Of a DNA stretch of 64,000 nt, positions 16,833 to 26,659 are shown piece by piece. The notes beneath the pieces were generated by a model. That model was not told the DNA's origin. It saw nothing but the letters and a program-made list of their open reading frames with translations, and searched no databases. The stretch spans positions 11,361 through 75,360 of IMG/VR virus record IMGVR_UViG_3300009509_000015, one strand, 5' to 3'. The stretch is from a virus. Position numbers and translations under genes: made by a program. How positions within the stretch are numbered: position 1 is the stretch's first letter; each line of letters starts with the position of its first letter.

Positions 16833-16842
16833 CCTTAAATTA

Positions 16843-16880
16843 AAAACCCCCTTGCAAAATAGGGGGTTTTGTGGTATAAT
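16843..16880 (+). promoter_or_regulatory. terminator hairpin overlapping a sigma70 promoter
   Basis: AAAACCCCCT/AGGGGGTTTT stem; TTGCAA-N17-TATAAT. Confidence 0.75.
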
Positions 16881-16888
16881 CAGTTATT

Positions 16889-17200
16889 ATGGCACACGAA
16901 ATAAATACAACCAGTAGGAAAAACTTATACGAAGGCCCTTTTTATACAGAGGGTACTGCCTTTCAGGTTAATATAAGGTACAAAAGGACTGATGAGCTTG
17001 TAGCTTCCAGAGGTTTTGTGCCTGATCCTTTATACCCACACTTTGTTTGTCTAGACTTTAGGGGAATAACTGTACAAACTGCCCTCACTGTAGAAGATGC
17101 AGACTACATTATTTCTAATATGATCAATGACTGGCTACGTAATGGCGGTGGTATAAAACAACAGGAGGAAGAGTTGGATGCCGATAGGGAGGGTGCATAA
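16889..17200 (+). CDS. hypothetical protein
   Basis: ORF starting ~8 nt after the -10 box, possibly leaderless. Confidence 0.6.
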   Translation: MAHEINTTSRKNLYEGPFYTEGTAFQVNIRYKRTDELVASRGFVPDPLYPHFVCLDFRGITVQTALTVEDADYIISNMINDWLRNGGGIKQQEEELDADREGA

Positions 17201-17669
17201 AAAAATATGGAAGAGGTATATTGTTATAGCAGTTCCACTAGCATTAAGTATACAGTACTACACGATTACAAGACTCCCACTAGGATGGTGGCAGTCTGTT
17301 GGCGTGGCTACTATATTGGGATACTTATTGGGGTATTATCTTGACCCCGATTATGACCAGAATAAATTTACAGATGCAAGACGGAGGGTAATAAATGACT
17401 TATGGATAATTGGTTGGCTACTAGTTGTGTGGTTTATCCCCTACGAGAAGATGTTCAAGCACAGGAGCAAGTATACACATTTCCCTATATTATCAACGGT
17501 TTTAAGGTTTGGGTGGTTATTACTCTTTCCTCCAGTTCTATTACTACTGTGGTACACTACTCCCTACCTGATCCCTGATTATTATCCTATACTGGTAGGG
17601 ATTTTTATTGGGCTGTCAATAGCCGATACAGTACACATATTAGCAGACTACGGAGTTTTAAATGAATAA
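17178..17669 (+). CDS. DUF2227-family metal-binding membrane protein
   Basis: MP.GRVH, LDPDYD, W.PY...KHRS..THFP..ST.LR, DTVHILAD. Confidence 0.75.
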   Translation: MPIGRVHKKIWKRYIVIAVPLALSIQYYTITRLPLGWWQSVGVATILGYLLGYYLDPDYDQNKFTDARRRVINDLWIIGWLLVVWFIPYEKMFKHRSKYTHFPILSTVLRFGWLLLFPPVLLLLWYTTPYLIPDYYPILVGIFIGLSIADTVHILADYGVLNE

Positions 17670-18084
17670 TACTAGACAGCAGGTAGTACTAAACGAATTA
17701 AAGATGAAACAAAAAATTGTAGAAATGAGGCGACTTCTTCCCCTGGCATGGTGTAAAGAAACGGCAACCAATGAAGACTGGGATGAAAACAATCCTGCGT
17801 TAAATCAATGTGCGGTTACAGCGCTGTTAGTACAAGATGAGCTTGGTGGTGACTTGCTTCGATGTAGCATGACTAATGGTGATAGTCACTATTGGAACAG
17901 GGTAGGCAATTATGAAATAGACTTAACAGCAGAACAGTTTGATCACATAGAACCACAACCACTAAAAGATACTGCTGTTGTAAGGAATCGGTCATATGTG
18001 TTAGACCCAGAAAGATTTCAAAACACCATTAATAGGTACGAGCTTTTAAGAAAACGATATGATGTATTGAGGATACTAGAATAA
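17662..18084 (+). CDS. YunG-family protein
   Basis: AW..ET...W...NPA.NQCAVTALLVQD.LGG...HYWN......DLT.EQF. Confidence 0.75.
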   Translation: MNNTRQQVVLNELKMKQKIVEMRRLLPLAWCKETATNEDWDENNPALNQCAVTALLVQDELGGDLLRCSMTNGDSHYWNRVGNYEIDLTAEQFDHIEPQPLKDTAVVRNRSYVLDPERFQNTINRYELLRKRYDVLRILE

Positions 18085-18335
18085 TGCTAACTTATTATAC
18101 ACTTTCATTTGATAATACTATGATAAAAGATGGGGATAAGGTAACAGTTTATAAACTTGTTCCAATATCCCCTAATCAGATAGATGATAGTACAGCTTCT
18201 TGGCCTAGCCACCCAGAACTTAAGCCTGGGGATAAACATTTACTTAGAGTAAATGGACAGTTCGAAATTGTTATGGCGCTAACCAACAATAAAGTTCGTA
18301 CACTATCAAGAAGAGAACTGGATGCTAATAAGTAA
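18084..18335 (+). CDS. hypothetical protein
   Basis: TAATG-coupled ORF. Confidence 0.55.
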   Translation: MLTYYTLSFDNTMIKDGDKVTVYKLVPISPNQIDDSTASWPSHPELKPGDKHLLRVNGQFEIVMALTNNKVRTLSRRELDANK

Positions 18336-18693
18336 AGAAGTTTACTACGTTGTTTTAGAGCTACCGTTTGATACTCTCTTGGTACACTATTACGGGTTTG
18401 CCAATTTGTCAGACGCAGAAGACTTGCAAGCAGACAAACTTCCTTGGTTTTCTATTTGGGATCAGAGTCAACTTGATGGGTGGGTTGGAGAAAAAATACT
18501 TATCCCATTAAAGACAGCCAAGAATGTTGACAATAGATATACCTTTAATGTTACCTATGATACAATACTGTCAGCAGAAAGTTCTAACACAGCACACAAA
18601 CAACTGCGTAGGGCTATAGCAAAAGCTGGATTAGCTGTAAATAATCTAAAGACTAAGATAACAAGAAAAGAAGTAAACTTAAGGAGCCAATAA
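18322..18693 (+). CDS. hypothetical protein
   Basis: Overlapping operon ORF. Confidence 0.55.
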   Translation: MLISKEVYYVVLELPFDTLLVHYYGFANLSDAEDLQADKLPWFSIWDQSQLDGWVGEKILIPLKTAKNVDNRYTFNVTYDTILSAESSNTAHKQLRRAIAKAGLAVNNLKTKITRKEVNLRSQ

Positions 18694-19001
18694 TGACCAA
18701 GTTTTTTCTATGGGGAATAAATGAAGATACATCTGAAAAGTTCTTATATGCTATAAGAGAGGCTATGCAACGTGCAACAGAACGTTTCTCATATGACGCA
18801 TACTTACACAAACAGCCTTTAGGGGAAGAAATAGCAGAACTGTATGAAGTAATAGAACCTACTAAGCTACACTACGCACCAAATTTATCTGAACATATAG
18901 GTTCTGTAAGAGAAGAACTATCGGTTAATTTTTCTAGTCTAAATATAGACACAGAGCCTGATGAACAACTTACTCCATATCATATAGCGTTCTCCCTATA
19001 A
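18693..19001 (+). CDS. hypothetical protein
   Basis: AAGGAG SD, TAATG overlap. Confidence 0.6.
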   Translation: MTKFFLWGINEDTSEKFLYAIREAMQRATERFSYDAYLHKQPLGEEIAELYEVIEPTKLHYAPNLSEHIGSVREELSVNFSSLNIDTEPDEQLTPYHIAFSL

Positions 19002-19028
19002 ACAAACCTTAAAAAATTCACGAGTTTT

Positions 19029-19067
19029 CCACATACCCTTGCTAAGTAAAAGGGTATGTGGTATAAT
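19029..19067 (+). promoter_or_regulatory. sigma70 promoter of replication operon within a 12-bp inverted repeat
   Basis: TTGCTA-N17-TATAAT; CCACATACCCTT/AAGGGTATGTGG. Confidence 0.75.
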
Positions 19068-19085
19068 TGGGTATTGGAGGTTGAT

Positions 19086-19559
19086 ATGCCAATTTGTCCA
19101 TACTGTAACAAAGAATCTAAAACACTACATAGTAAGTTCTGCCCTAAATGTGATAGGTTATTATATGAGTACGAGGGTAACTGGTACACATCTAACCCAA
19201 TTCTAGCAATGATGGATAAGTACTCAGAAAGAATGAGCATACTTATGAGCGCAAGTAAACCTTTTGATGTTAAGTTCAGGTTTAAAACAAAAAGCCTCAT
19301 GTACAAAACAGAAATTGCTAGGACTAAACAGCTATTCAAAGAGGCAGAACTTGATATTGATGTAGCACTAGAGGCTATTGATCTAGCGTTCTATGAATTT
19401 TCATGGAGAATGAACGGGAACATGGCAGACTTAGTTCCTGTGTTTCCTGCTTGCGTAGCTAGAGCTAAGGCAAAGGTTGAGTATGAAAGAGAGCAGTTAG
19501 AAAAACAAAAAATCTACGAACAAATGTTACGAGATAGGGAGAGTGCACTAAATGGCTAA
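19086..19559 (+). CDS. zinc-ribbon protein upstream of polA
   Basis: GGAGG SD, CPYC...CPKC. Confidence 0.65.
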   Translation: MPICPYCNKESKTLHSKFCPKCDRLLYEYEGNWYTSNPILAMMDKYSERMSILMSASKPFDVKFRFKTKSLMYKTEIARTKQLFKEAELDIDVALEAIDLAFYEFSWRMNGNMADLVPVFPACVARAKAKVEYEREQLEKQKIYEQMLRDRESALNG

Positions 19560-21420
19560 AGAAGTTCATATGGACTTTACTTTACCAAAGCTTGCACACA
19601 CTATCATTACTGATGGGAGTGACCTACCAAAGTTTTATGAAGAGATAGGAAATTGGCCTATGCTATCATTCGACTTTGAGACTACTGGGCTGGATTATTA
19701 TAATGACAACCCAGTAGGAGTAGCCATAGCTAATGGTAGGCACGCTTGGTATATACATGGCAGCGCCTTTATGGAGGTAACTCCTTGGCTAAAAGATAAG
19801 ATGGGTAGAACAGATATAGAATGGGCAGGGCATAACCTAAAGTTCGACTTCCACCATCTTATGAACGCTGTAACAGACGAGCTACCAACTAAATATTTTG
19901 ACACACAAATAGCACAATGGATGATAGATGAAAATGATTCTCTTGGGCTAAAACATTTAGGTAAAGTGCGACTTGACGCACAAGATGACATACCATCTTT
20001 CAGCGATTTGCTGATGTACACTAAAAAATTACGTGGAATTGCACGAAAAGACCTAGTAACTATCTGGGATATACCTGTAGAAGTACTTGGAACGTACGCA
20101 GCATACGATGCACGGCTAACCTATGATCTAGTTGATCTATTAAAGAAAGATTTAGGTGACGAGGGCTTAGATAAGATATACTACGAACAAGAAATGCCAT
20201 TCCTTGCTATGCTATTACGTATGGAACGTGCTGGAATTACAGTTGACCAAGAGAAAGCTGCTATCTTAAAGGATAAATATGATATTATTATCAAAGATGT
20301 TCTATATAAGTTTGATAAGCGGGTAGCAGATATAAAATCTAAACTAGGAAAGCCAACAGAGGTTAATCCAAACTCTCCTCAACAACTAGCAGAGCTATTG
20401 TTCGAGGATATGGGTTTGAAATCTACTAAGAAAACAGCATCAGGTGCTTTGTCTACCGCAGCCCTAGTATTACAAAGAATAAAGCGACAAGATAAGACTG
20501 GAATTGTTGAGCTTTTGATGGAGTATAAGAAGTATGAAAAGGTTGTCAACACATATCTTGTAAACATGCTTAGCAAGACAGATGCAGATGGTAGAATAAG
20601 AACCAACTTTAATCAAACTGGTACTGTTACTGGTAGGTTAAGCTCTAGTGGTAATCTAAACCTACAAAATATCCCTGCTCGTGGTGATACTGGTGCAGAT
20701 GTACGTGATCTTTTTATTGCAAAGGCGGGGCATTTATTAATAGGAATCGACTACTCACAGATCGAGCTACGTATTTTGGCTCATTACAGTAGAGATGAAA
20801 ATTTAGTAAGAGCCTTTTATTGGGGTTCTGATCCACACCAGCTTACTGCTGATAGAATGGGTGTGCCTAGATATGTTGGCAAGTCAGTAAACTTTGGTAC
20901 AATCTATGGGCAGGGTGCGCCAACACTAGCAGATCAAATAGAAAAAGCTGGAAAGCCAAGACCAAAAGAATCTCAAGCTGCCCAGTGGCTAAGAGCATAT
21001 GATAAGCTATACCCATCTATTCCTAGGTGGAAAAAGATGGTACTAATAGAGGGTAGAAAGTACGGTTTTATTGAAACCCTTGGTGGTCGCCATAGGCACG
21101 CAGAGGGCTTAGATCATTATGATAATTATATAAGAGCAAGAGCAGAACGACAGCTTATTAATAGCAAAATTCAAGGTAGCGCTGGTGACGTAATCAATAG
21201 TGCTATGTTAAAAGTAGATAGGGATCAACATAATTTTGGAGCTACTACCTTATTACAAGTGCACGACGAGCTAACCCTAGAAGTACCAGAAGAGTATGCA
21301 GATGAGGCAGCAGTCTCAGTGCAGCGTAGAATGGAGGGTGAGCGAGAAGTATTTGGTATTTCAGTTCCTGTAATAGCAGAGCCATCAGTAGGACGTAGTT
21401 GGGCAGAGGTGAAAGGATGA
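19552..21420 (+). CDS. polA: family A DNA polymerase with 3'-5' exonuclease domain
   Basis: DFETTGL, HNLKFD, YAAYD; TGRLSS; DYSQIELR; KSVNFGTIYG; QVHDEL. Confidence 0.95.
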   Translation: MAKEVHMDFTLPKLAHTIITDGSDLPKFYEEIGNWPMLSFDFETTGLDYYNDNPVGVAIANGRHAWYIHGSAFMEVTPWLKDKMGRTDIEWAGHNLKFDFHHLMNAVTDELPTKYFDTQIAQWMIDENDSLGLKHLGKVRLDAQDDIPSFSDLLMYTKKLRGIARKDLVTIWDIPVEVLGTYAAYDARLTYDLVDLLKKDLGDEGLDKIYYEQEMPFLAMLLRMERAGITVDQEKAAILKDKYDIIIKDVLYKFDKRVADIKSKLGKPTEVNPNSPQQLAELLFEDMGLKSTKKTASGALSTAALVLQRIKRQDKTGIVELLMEYKKYEKVVNTYLVNMLSKTDADGRIRTNFNQTGTVTGRLSSSGNLNLQNIPARGDTGADVRDLFIAKAGHLLIGIDYSQIELRILAHYSRDENLVRAFYWGSDPHQLTADRMGVPRYVGKSVNFGTIYGQGAPTLADQIEKAGKPRPKESQAAQWLRAYDKLYPSIPRWKKMVLIEGRKYGFIETLGGRHRHAEGLDHYDNYIRARAERQLINSKIQGSAGDVINSAMLKVDRDQHNFGATTLLQVHDELTLEVPEEYADEAAVSVQRRMEGEREVFGISVPVIAEPSVGRSWAEVKG

Positions 21421-22433
21421 CAAAAGAGTATAATAAGTACCCTGGATATGATCCTAGCATCGGTAGATTTGCTAGAGAGGCTAAGGATAGGTGGGGTAAT
21501 CCAGAAGAAAATAGAATGTCCATTGTTAAATATGGCGTACCATTTCTTGATAACCAATTGTATGGTATAGATATAGTTTCTGGTGAGCTAGTCCTAATTA
21601 TTGGTGAGGAAAAGAACAGAAAGACAACCCTTACTGTTAATATGTGGGTTAATATAATGACTGCCGAACTACCAGCAGAAAAACCACGTATTGTAATAGA
21701 TACTTTGGAAAGTGGCTTACCACCAGAAGTATACCAAGATCAAATTATTTCTAACCTAGCATCCAGATACTTAATGCAAAATGGGCATGTACCACCAACA
21801 CATAGTATGGTATGTCCAGCCTGCAATAATGGCAAACCGTGCAAAGAATTAATAATTAGCCCTAAGTTTCTACGGTTTATGAACCGCACACCACAGCAGT
21901 CTGCTGTAATAGATAGGGCACTTGATGAAGTACAAAACTGGCCTATAGATATTTGGGGTGCTAATCTCAGTGAGGGAGATACACGTAATTTACATGCTAC
22001 CATCAGCAAGATGGATCAAACCTCACGGTGGGTATGGGCAACAGAGGAGTTGGGAGCTAAGATATTTGCAACAGATCACGTACAACAATACAGGTCTGAA
22101 GAGGCTTTCCTAAACGACTATGAGAAATTAATACGTGCTGTACTTGCAGTAGGTAACTTTGTTGCTGCTTATAGAACTGTAGTATTTATGGTATCTCAAA
22201 TCTCGATGGGCACATTAAGAGAGGCTAAATCTGGCGGGAAAGTAAAATCTGCTGGAGGTAAAAAACCACACGAAGAAAGTAACGCAATCATTAAGACAAG
22301 CTATGAGCAACTGTCTGGGCAGCTAGGCATACATCTTGAGGACAGTAGATCAAGCGCCTCTGCAAGCTCAGCATTTATTCCAATAGACGATGTATCAGGA
22401 GCATTTTCACCAAATGAGTATCAAGACTACTAA
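21417..22433 (+). CDS. DnaB/RecA-fold ATPase (helicase-like, degenerate Walker A)
   Basis: GVPFLDNQLYGI..GELVLIIGEEKNRKTT, TLES, ATDHVQ, VSQI. Confidence 0.65.
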   Translation: MTKEYNKYPGYDPSIGRFAREAKDRWGNPEENRMSIVKYGVPFLDNQLYGIDIVSGELVLIIGEEKNRKTTLTVNMWVNIMTAELPAEKPRIVIDTLESGLPPEVYQDQIISNLASRYLMQNGHVPPTHSMVCPACNNGKPCKELIISPKFLRFMNRTPQQSAVIDRALDEVQNWPIDIWGANLSEGDTRNLHATISKMDQTSRWVWATEELGAKIFATDHVQQYRSEEAFLNDYEKLIRAVLAVGNFVAAYRTVVFMVSQISMGTLREAKSGGKVKSAGGKKPHEESNAIIKTSYEQLSGQLGIHLEDSRSSASASSAFIPIDDVSGAFSPNEYQDY

Positions 22434-22830
22434 TCCAACAGAAGAGGAAATACAACAGTTACTTGAGTATGAGGCAGATGATCTACAAGCCTCAATACAT
22501 CAGCGCTATGGTGTTCCAATAGAAGAATGGGCAGTACCTCACTTCTATGGGTATATGCGTAGAATGAAAAAACAGGGGGTTAGCGCCCGTAAAAGCTGGA
22601 ATAGGTATTTGGAGTCATGTGACAGACAGTTTGGAGAGCCTTGTGGATGTTCTGTTGAGCCTGCACATTATTCTATTGACTTTGTGTATGACAATAAGAG
22701 AGTTGCCAATCTTTGTCCATATCATTGGTGGGTTAAAATGGTAACATTAAATCACGACGAGGGATCAGCAAGCAAGTTTGTTGAGGGTACACCAATCGGG
22801 AAATTTATGGAGGTTTATAAAATAAAATGA
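22414..22830 (+). CDS. hypothetical protein with Cys/His cluster
   Basis: CGC...LCPYH. Confidence 0.55.
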   Translation: MSIKTTNPTEEEIQQLLEYEADDLQASIHQRYGVPIEEWAVPHFYGYMRRMKKQGVSARKSWNRYLESCDRQFGEPCGCSVEPAHYSIDFVYDNKRVANLCPYHWWVKMVTLNHDEGSASKFVEGTPIGKFMEVYKIK

Positions 22831-23879
22831 TAAGTGAAATGTCAATTACTTTTACAGATAATGCAGAGCAGGAACTTAAACAGCTTGCTGACGAATTACA
22901 ATTAGTACCTATTGTTAAGTACATGAGCAACAACAAAGAAATTCCAGAAGAGTTTCAAAAACTGGTTGTTGGCATGGTTGATACACTGTCCGATATGTTT
23001 GGTAGTGGGATACCAGTTGTTAGTAGTGACCCAATACATACTCTTCGTGTAGCTAGCAGGGATATTAATCTATCTAAAGTACTAAGAGAACGTGGTATTG
23101 TTCGTCTGTACATGATGGCTAAAAGTTACACGGATGTTGAAATACCTAGTCTAGACGGTGGCACAGAAACAGTCCAAGTTAAAACCTACCAAACACTAAT
23201 CAATCCAGATAGTGAACGTGGTGAAAACTTTGGTACTCAAGAAGATTTCTTGGGGTGGTTCTGTAGATCAGCACACGTATCACGAGCACTAGTCTTTATG
23301 CGCTTTGCTGCATATGATAGACTAATGAAACTAGAGTACTCACTTGAAGAGGCATTTAAAATATTAATAACTAAACCTTCGGTGATAACAAGAACAATTG
23401 AAAAGCTTGCTAGCTATAATAAAGATGGTAGTATCAAAGAGATCGACCCAGAAGTAGCTAGGTCTATGGCTAAGAAAGTTTTAACGGGGGAAGAGCAAGA
23501 CTACCTACTTGAATTAGCTGAGCGTGTTATAGAAGAGGGAAATCCAGAGGATATACTGGATATGTATGATGCCTCGATCCCTGCTATTAGGAAAATCTTA
23601 GAAGAAGTTGCCATGCACGATAGCGCTAGAGATGCTGGAGAGATGGTTGAAGTTGATATTTTAAATGCTCCAGAAATATCTTATGGTTGGGATCATGATA
23701 TAGGAGGCTTAGCTATACAGATGATAAAGAAAGGATATGATGAAAATGATGACCAGTATATCTCATCAATCTATAACACCATCTTGCTGCCAGATACAAT
23801 GGACGAATTACCTAAAGAGATATTAGACGATCTGGTTCGACGTATCCCCATCAGATCATTCTCAGGTATTGACGACTAA
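22827..23879 (+). CDS. hypothetical protein
   Basis: 350-aa ORF in operon, no recognised motif. Confidence 0.65.
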   Translation: MISEMSITFTDNAEQELKQLADELQLVPIVKYMSNNKEIPEEFQKLVVGMVDTLSDMFGSGIPVVSSDPIHTLRVASRDINLSKVLRERGIVRLYMMAKSYTDVEIPSLDGGTETVQVKTYQTLINPDSERGENFGTQEDFLGWFCRSAHVSRALVFMRFAAYDRLMKLEYSLEEAFKILITKPSVITRTIEKLASYNKDGSIKEIDPEVARSMAKKVLTGEEQDYLLELAERVIEEGNPEDILDMYDASIPAIRKILEEVAMHDSARDAGEMVEVDILNAPEISYGWDHDIGGLAIQMIKKGYDENDDQYISSIYNTILLPDTMDELPKEILDDLVRRIPIRSFSGIDD

Positions 23880-23897
23880 GTAAAAGTATGGTAAAAT
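23869..23897 (+). promoter_or_regulatory. sigma70 promoter
   Basis: TTGACG-N17-TAAAAT with TG extension. Confidence 0.7.
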
Positions 23898-23920
23898 ATT
23901 AATTACTACAGGAGGCTTAA

Positions 23921-24715
23921 ATGAAGAACATATATAAAGCAATAGGTAACGTAATGCAAGCACTAGGATCGGTAGAAAAAACTGGTCAAATGAAAGGTAA
24001 GGTGCAGTATGCTTACTATTCAGAGAATGATCTACTTAACGCATTACGTCCATTATTTAAGACTAATGGGCTAGTAATTTTTCCTAGTGGTGTTAAGGAA
24101 CGTGTTGTAGAAACTTACGAAACCAGCAGGGGTAACACACAAAACCACATTGTTGCTACCTATCAGTTTACAATAGGGCATATTGACTCTGGTGAATCAG
24201 TCACTGTTGAAGTACAGGGTGAGGGTGCAGACTCTGGTGACAAAAGTGTTAATAAAGCTGCAACAGGGGCTATGAAATACGCTCTACGACAAACTTTCAT
24301 GGTTGCTACTGGTGATGACCCTGATGCTACCGACTCTGATGCGCAAGCTCGTTCTACTAAGAGTGATCCAGCAGATGATAAAAAGAAACCTGATGCTAAG
24401 CAAACGCAAAAACAACAAGCTCCTAAGCAAGAACCAGAAAAGGTAAATCCAGAATGGATGGAAAAAGCGCTTAGCTACAAAATTCCTGAAGACGCACTAT
24501 TTCCTGGGAAAGAACTGCGCTATTTACTAAAAGATAAGACCGCAGGCCCAATGGTCATAGAGTACTTATGTGGTCATGATCCTAACGGCGACGGTAATAT
24601 GTTTGAAGTTAAAACAGAGGAGGACGAAAGCTTACAAAACGCTGCTCTATATGTCCACAAGTTCAATGAAGACTACAAGAAAATGTTGGAGGAGTATAAG
24701 GCAACTGTTAATTAG
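23921..24715 (+). CDS. erf: ERF-family ssDNA-annealing protein
   Basis: GEGADSGDKSVNKAATGAMKYALRQTF...GDDPD. Confidence 0.85.
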   Translation: MKNIYKAIGNVMQALGSVEKTGQMKGKVQYAYYSENDLLNALRPLFKTNGLVIFPSGVKERVVETYETSRGNTQNHIVATYQFTIGHIDSGESVTVEVQGEGADSGDKSVNKAATGAMKYALRQTFMVATGDDPDATDSDAQARSTKSDPADDKKKPDAKQTQKQQAPKQEPEKVNPEWMEKALSYKIPEDALFPGKELRYLLKDKTAGPMVIEYLCGHDPNGDGNMFEVKTEEDESLQNAALYVHKFNEDYKKMLEEYKATVN

Positions 24716-24732
24716 TTTGATCGGCGGTGAAA

Positions 24733-24766
24733 CAAAAAGCCCCTGGTTTTTAGCCAGGGGTTTTTG
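24733..24766. terminator. bidirectional terminator at convergent junction
   Basis: AAAAGCCCCTGG-N7-CCAGGGGTTTTT. Confidence 0.8.
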
Positions 24767-24783
24767 CTTTATCTATTTATGAT

Positions 24784-26244
24784 TTAGTATCTATACTTTT
24801 TTCCTCTGCTCTTTGCGTGCTCACGCAACATTTCTAAGTATAGTTCCTCATTAGATGAATTATAAACAGTACCATTAACTAATGCTTGTCCTTCATTAAT
24901 AGGTATGTGAATAATATTGGTATCAGCCTCCGTATAGTGCACCAAAGCGAGTCCTTGACTCCATTGCTGATCTTTCTTTCTCCCAGGTACTGTACCATCT
25001 ACTTTACAAGCAGCCCCTGGAGTGTAGGCAACAACAACATAGTAACCATATCTACCATAAATTGTTTTGCTTGCCATTTCACCACGATGAATGTGACCAA
25101 AAATAACATTACAGTCTTTATCTTTTAGCATCTTAATTGCTGTAGTGCCTGGAGCGCCAGCAATATCACCATGTACTGCAACAGTGGTATCGTTGATCCA
25201 TACCTGTCCATTAGGATAGTCACCAACCCACTCAATACCCATACTCTGTAAACCTAACAGGCTAGGTATACTCCACGCCTCTGGTTCGTCTATAGCCTGG
25301 GCAGACTGTAGTGTATATGCTGCTGGAATTTGTTTGATAATAGCATTGTCAAGTCTAACATCATGATTACCTTGGAGAACGTACATTTCGGTCTTCTTAC
25401 CAGCAGCACTACGCATCATCCCCAACCACCACGCAGCCTCAAATATAGCAGGTTGTGTAGTATGTGTTAATTCTGGAGATCGTAGAAACTTATCACTAAA
25501 ATCTGGTAAGTCAAGCATGTCTCCAAGGAAAATAATTTTATCAAGCTTGTAAGATGCTACAATATCTAAAGCAATACTTAATACCTTTCTGTCGTGAAAA
25601 GGTGTTAGCTCACCAGAAAATAAGTCTCTATAAAAACCAAAGTGCGTATCAGGTACAATAAGGGCAGTCTCCAAACCTTTAGGAGCACTAAATTCTTTTT
25701 GTGTATGCGGATAAGATACGTGCATTTCCACTGGAGTAATTACTGGAAACACAGGAACTGGTTTCTTACGAATTAGCCAAGCTTTAACTTGGAGTAGCTG
25801 CTGTACATACATACCACCAGAGTCGTATACATAGCTCCCATCACCAATTGTTCCAGAGCCATCCCAGTGTATATCTTTTTTAACATCTTTACGGGGAGTT
25901 TCCCATTTATTTACTACATGCCTCTCTACTTCCCAAACATCTAAGTCAACTTGGCAAAAAGCAAGCAACTCTTCAAGCGTGGTAATTCTTGGATCAGATG
26001 AAGTTAATGATGCGTGATTAGCGTCAGTCGAGGATTCTTTAACATTAAACATGCCCTCGTCCTGTTCTGGTTCATAACCAGTTTCTTTTATCCATGCTCT
26101 AAGATAGCGTCTCAAGGTACTATCTGCTATCCCCTCAACCTCAATTGCTAAGCCATTCTTGTAGCGCCATGCTAGTTCTCTCTTTTGTTTTTCTGTTAGT
26201 AAATTCCAAAGAGAGGTGTGTGGATTGTGCCTTCGTTTTGTCAC
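24784..26244 (-). CDS. calcineurin-like metallophosphoesterase
   Basis: PDTHFG, LGDMLD, GNHD, HG, FGHIHR. Confidence 0.85.
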   Translation of the reverse strand: MTKRRHNPHTSLWNLLTEKQKRELAWRYKNGLAIEVEGIADSTLRRYLRAWIKETGYEPEQDEGMFNVKESSTDANHASLTSSDPRITTLEELLAFCQVDLDVWEVERHVVNKWETPRKDVKKDIHWDGSGTIGDGSYVYDSGGMYVQQLLQVKAWLIRKKPVPVFPVITPVEMHVSYPHTQKEFSAPKGLETALIVPDTHFGFYRDLFSGELTPFHDRKVLSIALDIVASYKLDKIIFLGDMLDLPDFSDKFLRSPELTHTTQPAIFEAAWWLGMMRSAAGKKTEMYVLQGNHDVRLDNAIIKQIPAAYTLQSAQAIDEPEAWSIPSLLGLQSMGIEWVGDYPNGQVWINDTTVAVHGDIAGAPGTTAIKMLKDKDCNVIFGHIHRGEMASKTIYGRYGYYVVVAYTPGAACKVDGTVPGRKKDQQWSQGLALVHYTEADTNIIHIPINEGQALVNGTVYNSSNEELYLEMLREHAKSRGKKYRY

Positions 26245-26252
26245 ATAGCCTC

Positions 26253-26606
26253 CTAGTTGTTTTCCCTATTTTTTATAGCGTGATACAAGGCAATGAAATC
26301 CCCCACAGTTATCTTGTTTTCATTGAAGTTTAACGCCACAGCTTTCCTAGGATAGTCTTCCTCATAGGTATTAGCATAAGCTTTACCTACAGGAATGAAA
26401 GGGTCTAGTGCTCTATCAAACTCATCACGACATAGTTCTTTTACTTTAAGAACGTCTTCTTTTCTCAAGCCTGGACAAGGATAAAGCTCTTTGTATGTGG
26501 CTTCAACTACACTTTGTCTAGTTGGAAAGCCAAAGTCTACAAGAGCTTGTGCCGTGTCTTCAGGTAGTACGTCAAATAGATCGCTAGGCTTGTCAGTATT
26601 TACCAT
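26253..26606 (-). CDS. hypothetical protein (HhH-like N-terminus)
   Basis: ALVDFGFPTRQSV...L..CPGL; GGAGG SD. Confidence 0.55.
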   Translation of the reverse strand: MVNTDKPSDLFDVLPEDTAQALVDFGFPTRQSVVEATYKELYPCPGLRKEDVLKVKELCRDEFDRALDPFIPVGKAYANTYEEDYPRKAVALNFNENKITVGDFIALYHAIKNRENN

Positions 26607-26616
26607 AATCTATACC

Positions 26617-26656
26617 TCCAGAACAGTATTATACCACAAAAGTTCTGGAAAAGCAA
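26617..26656 (-). promoter_or_regulatory. sigma70 promoter with inverted repeat overlapping the SD
   Basis: TTGCTT-N17-TATAAT; TCCAGAAC/GTTCTGGA(GG). Confidence 0.7.
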
Positions 26657-26659
26657 GGG

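Noticed and set aside
24733-24766. IS200/IS605-type end hairpin
   Set aside because: No transposase or TnpB nearby; the position between convergent genes fits a bidirectional terminator.
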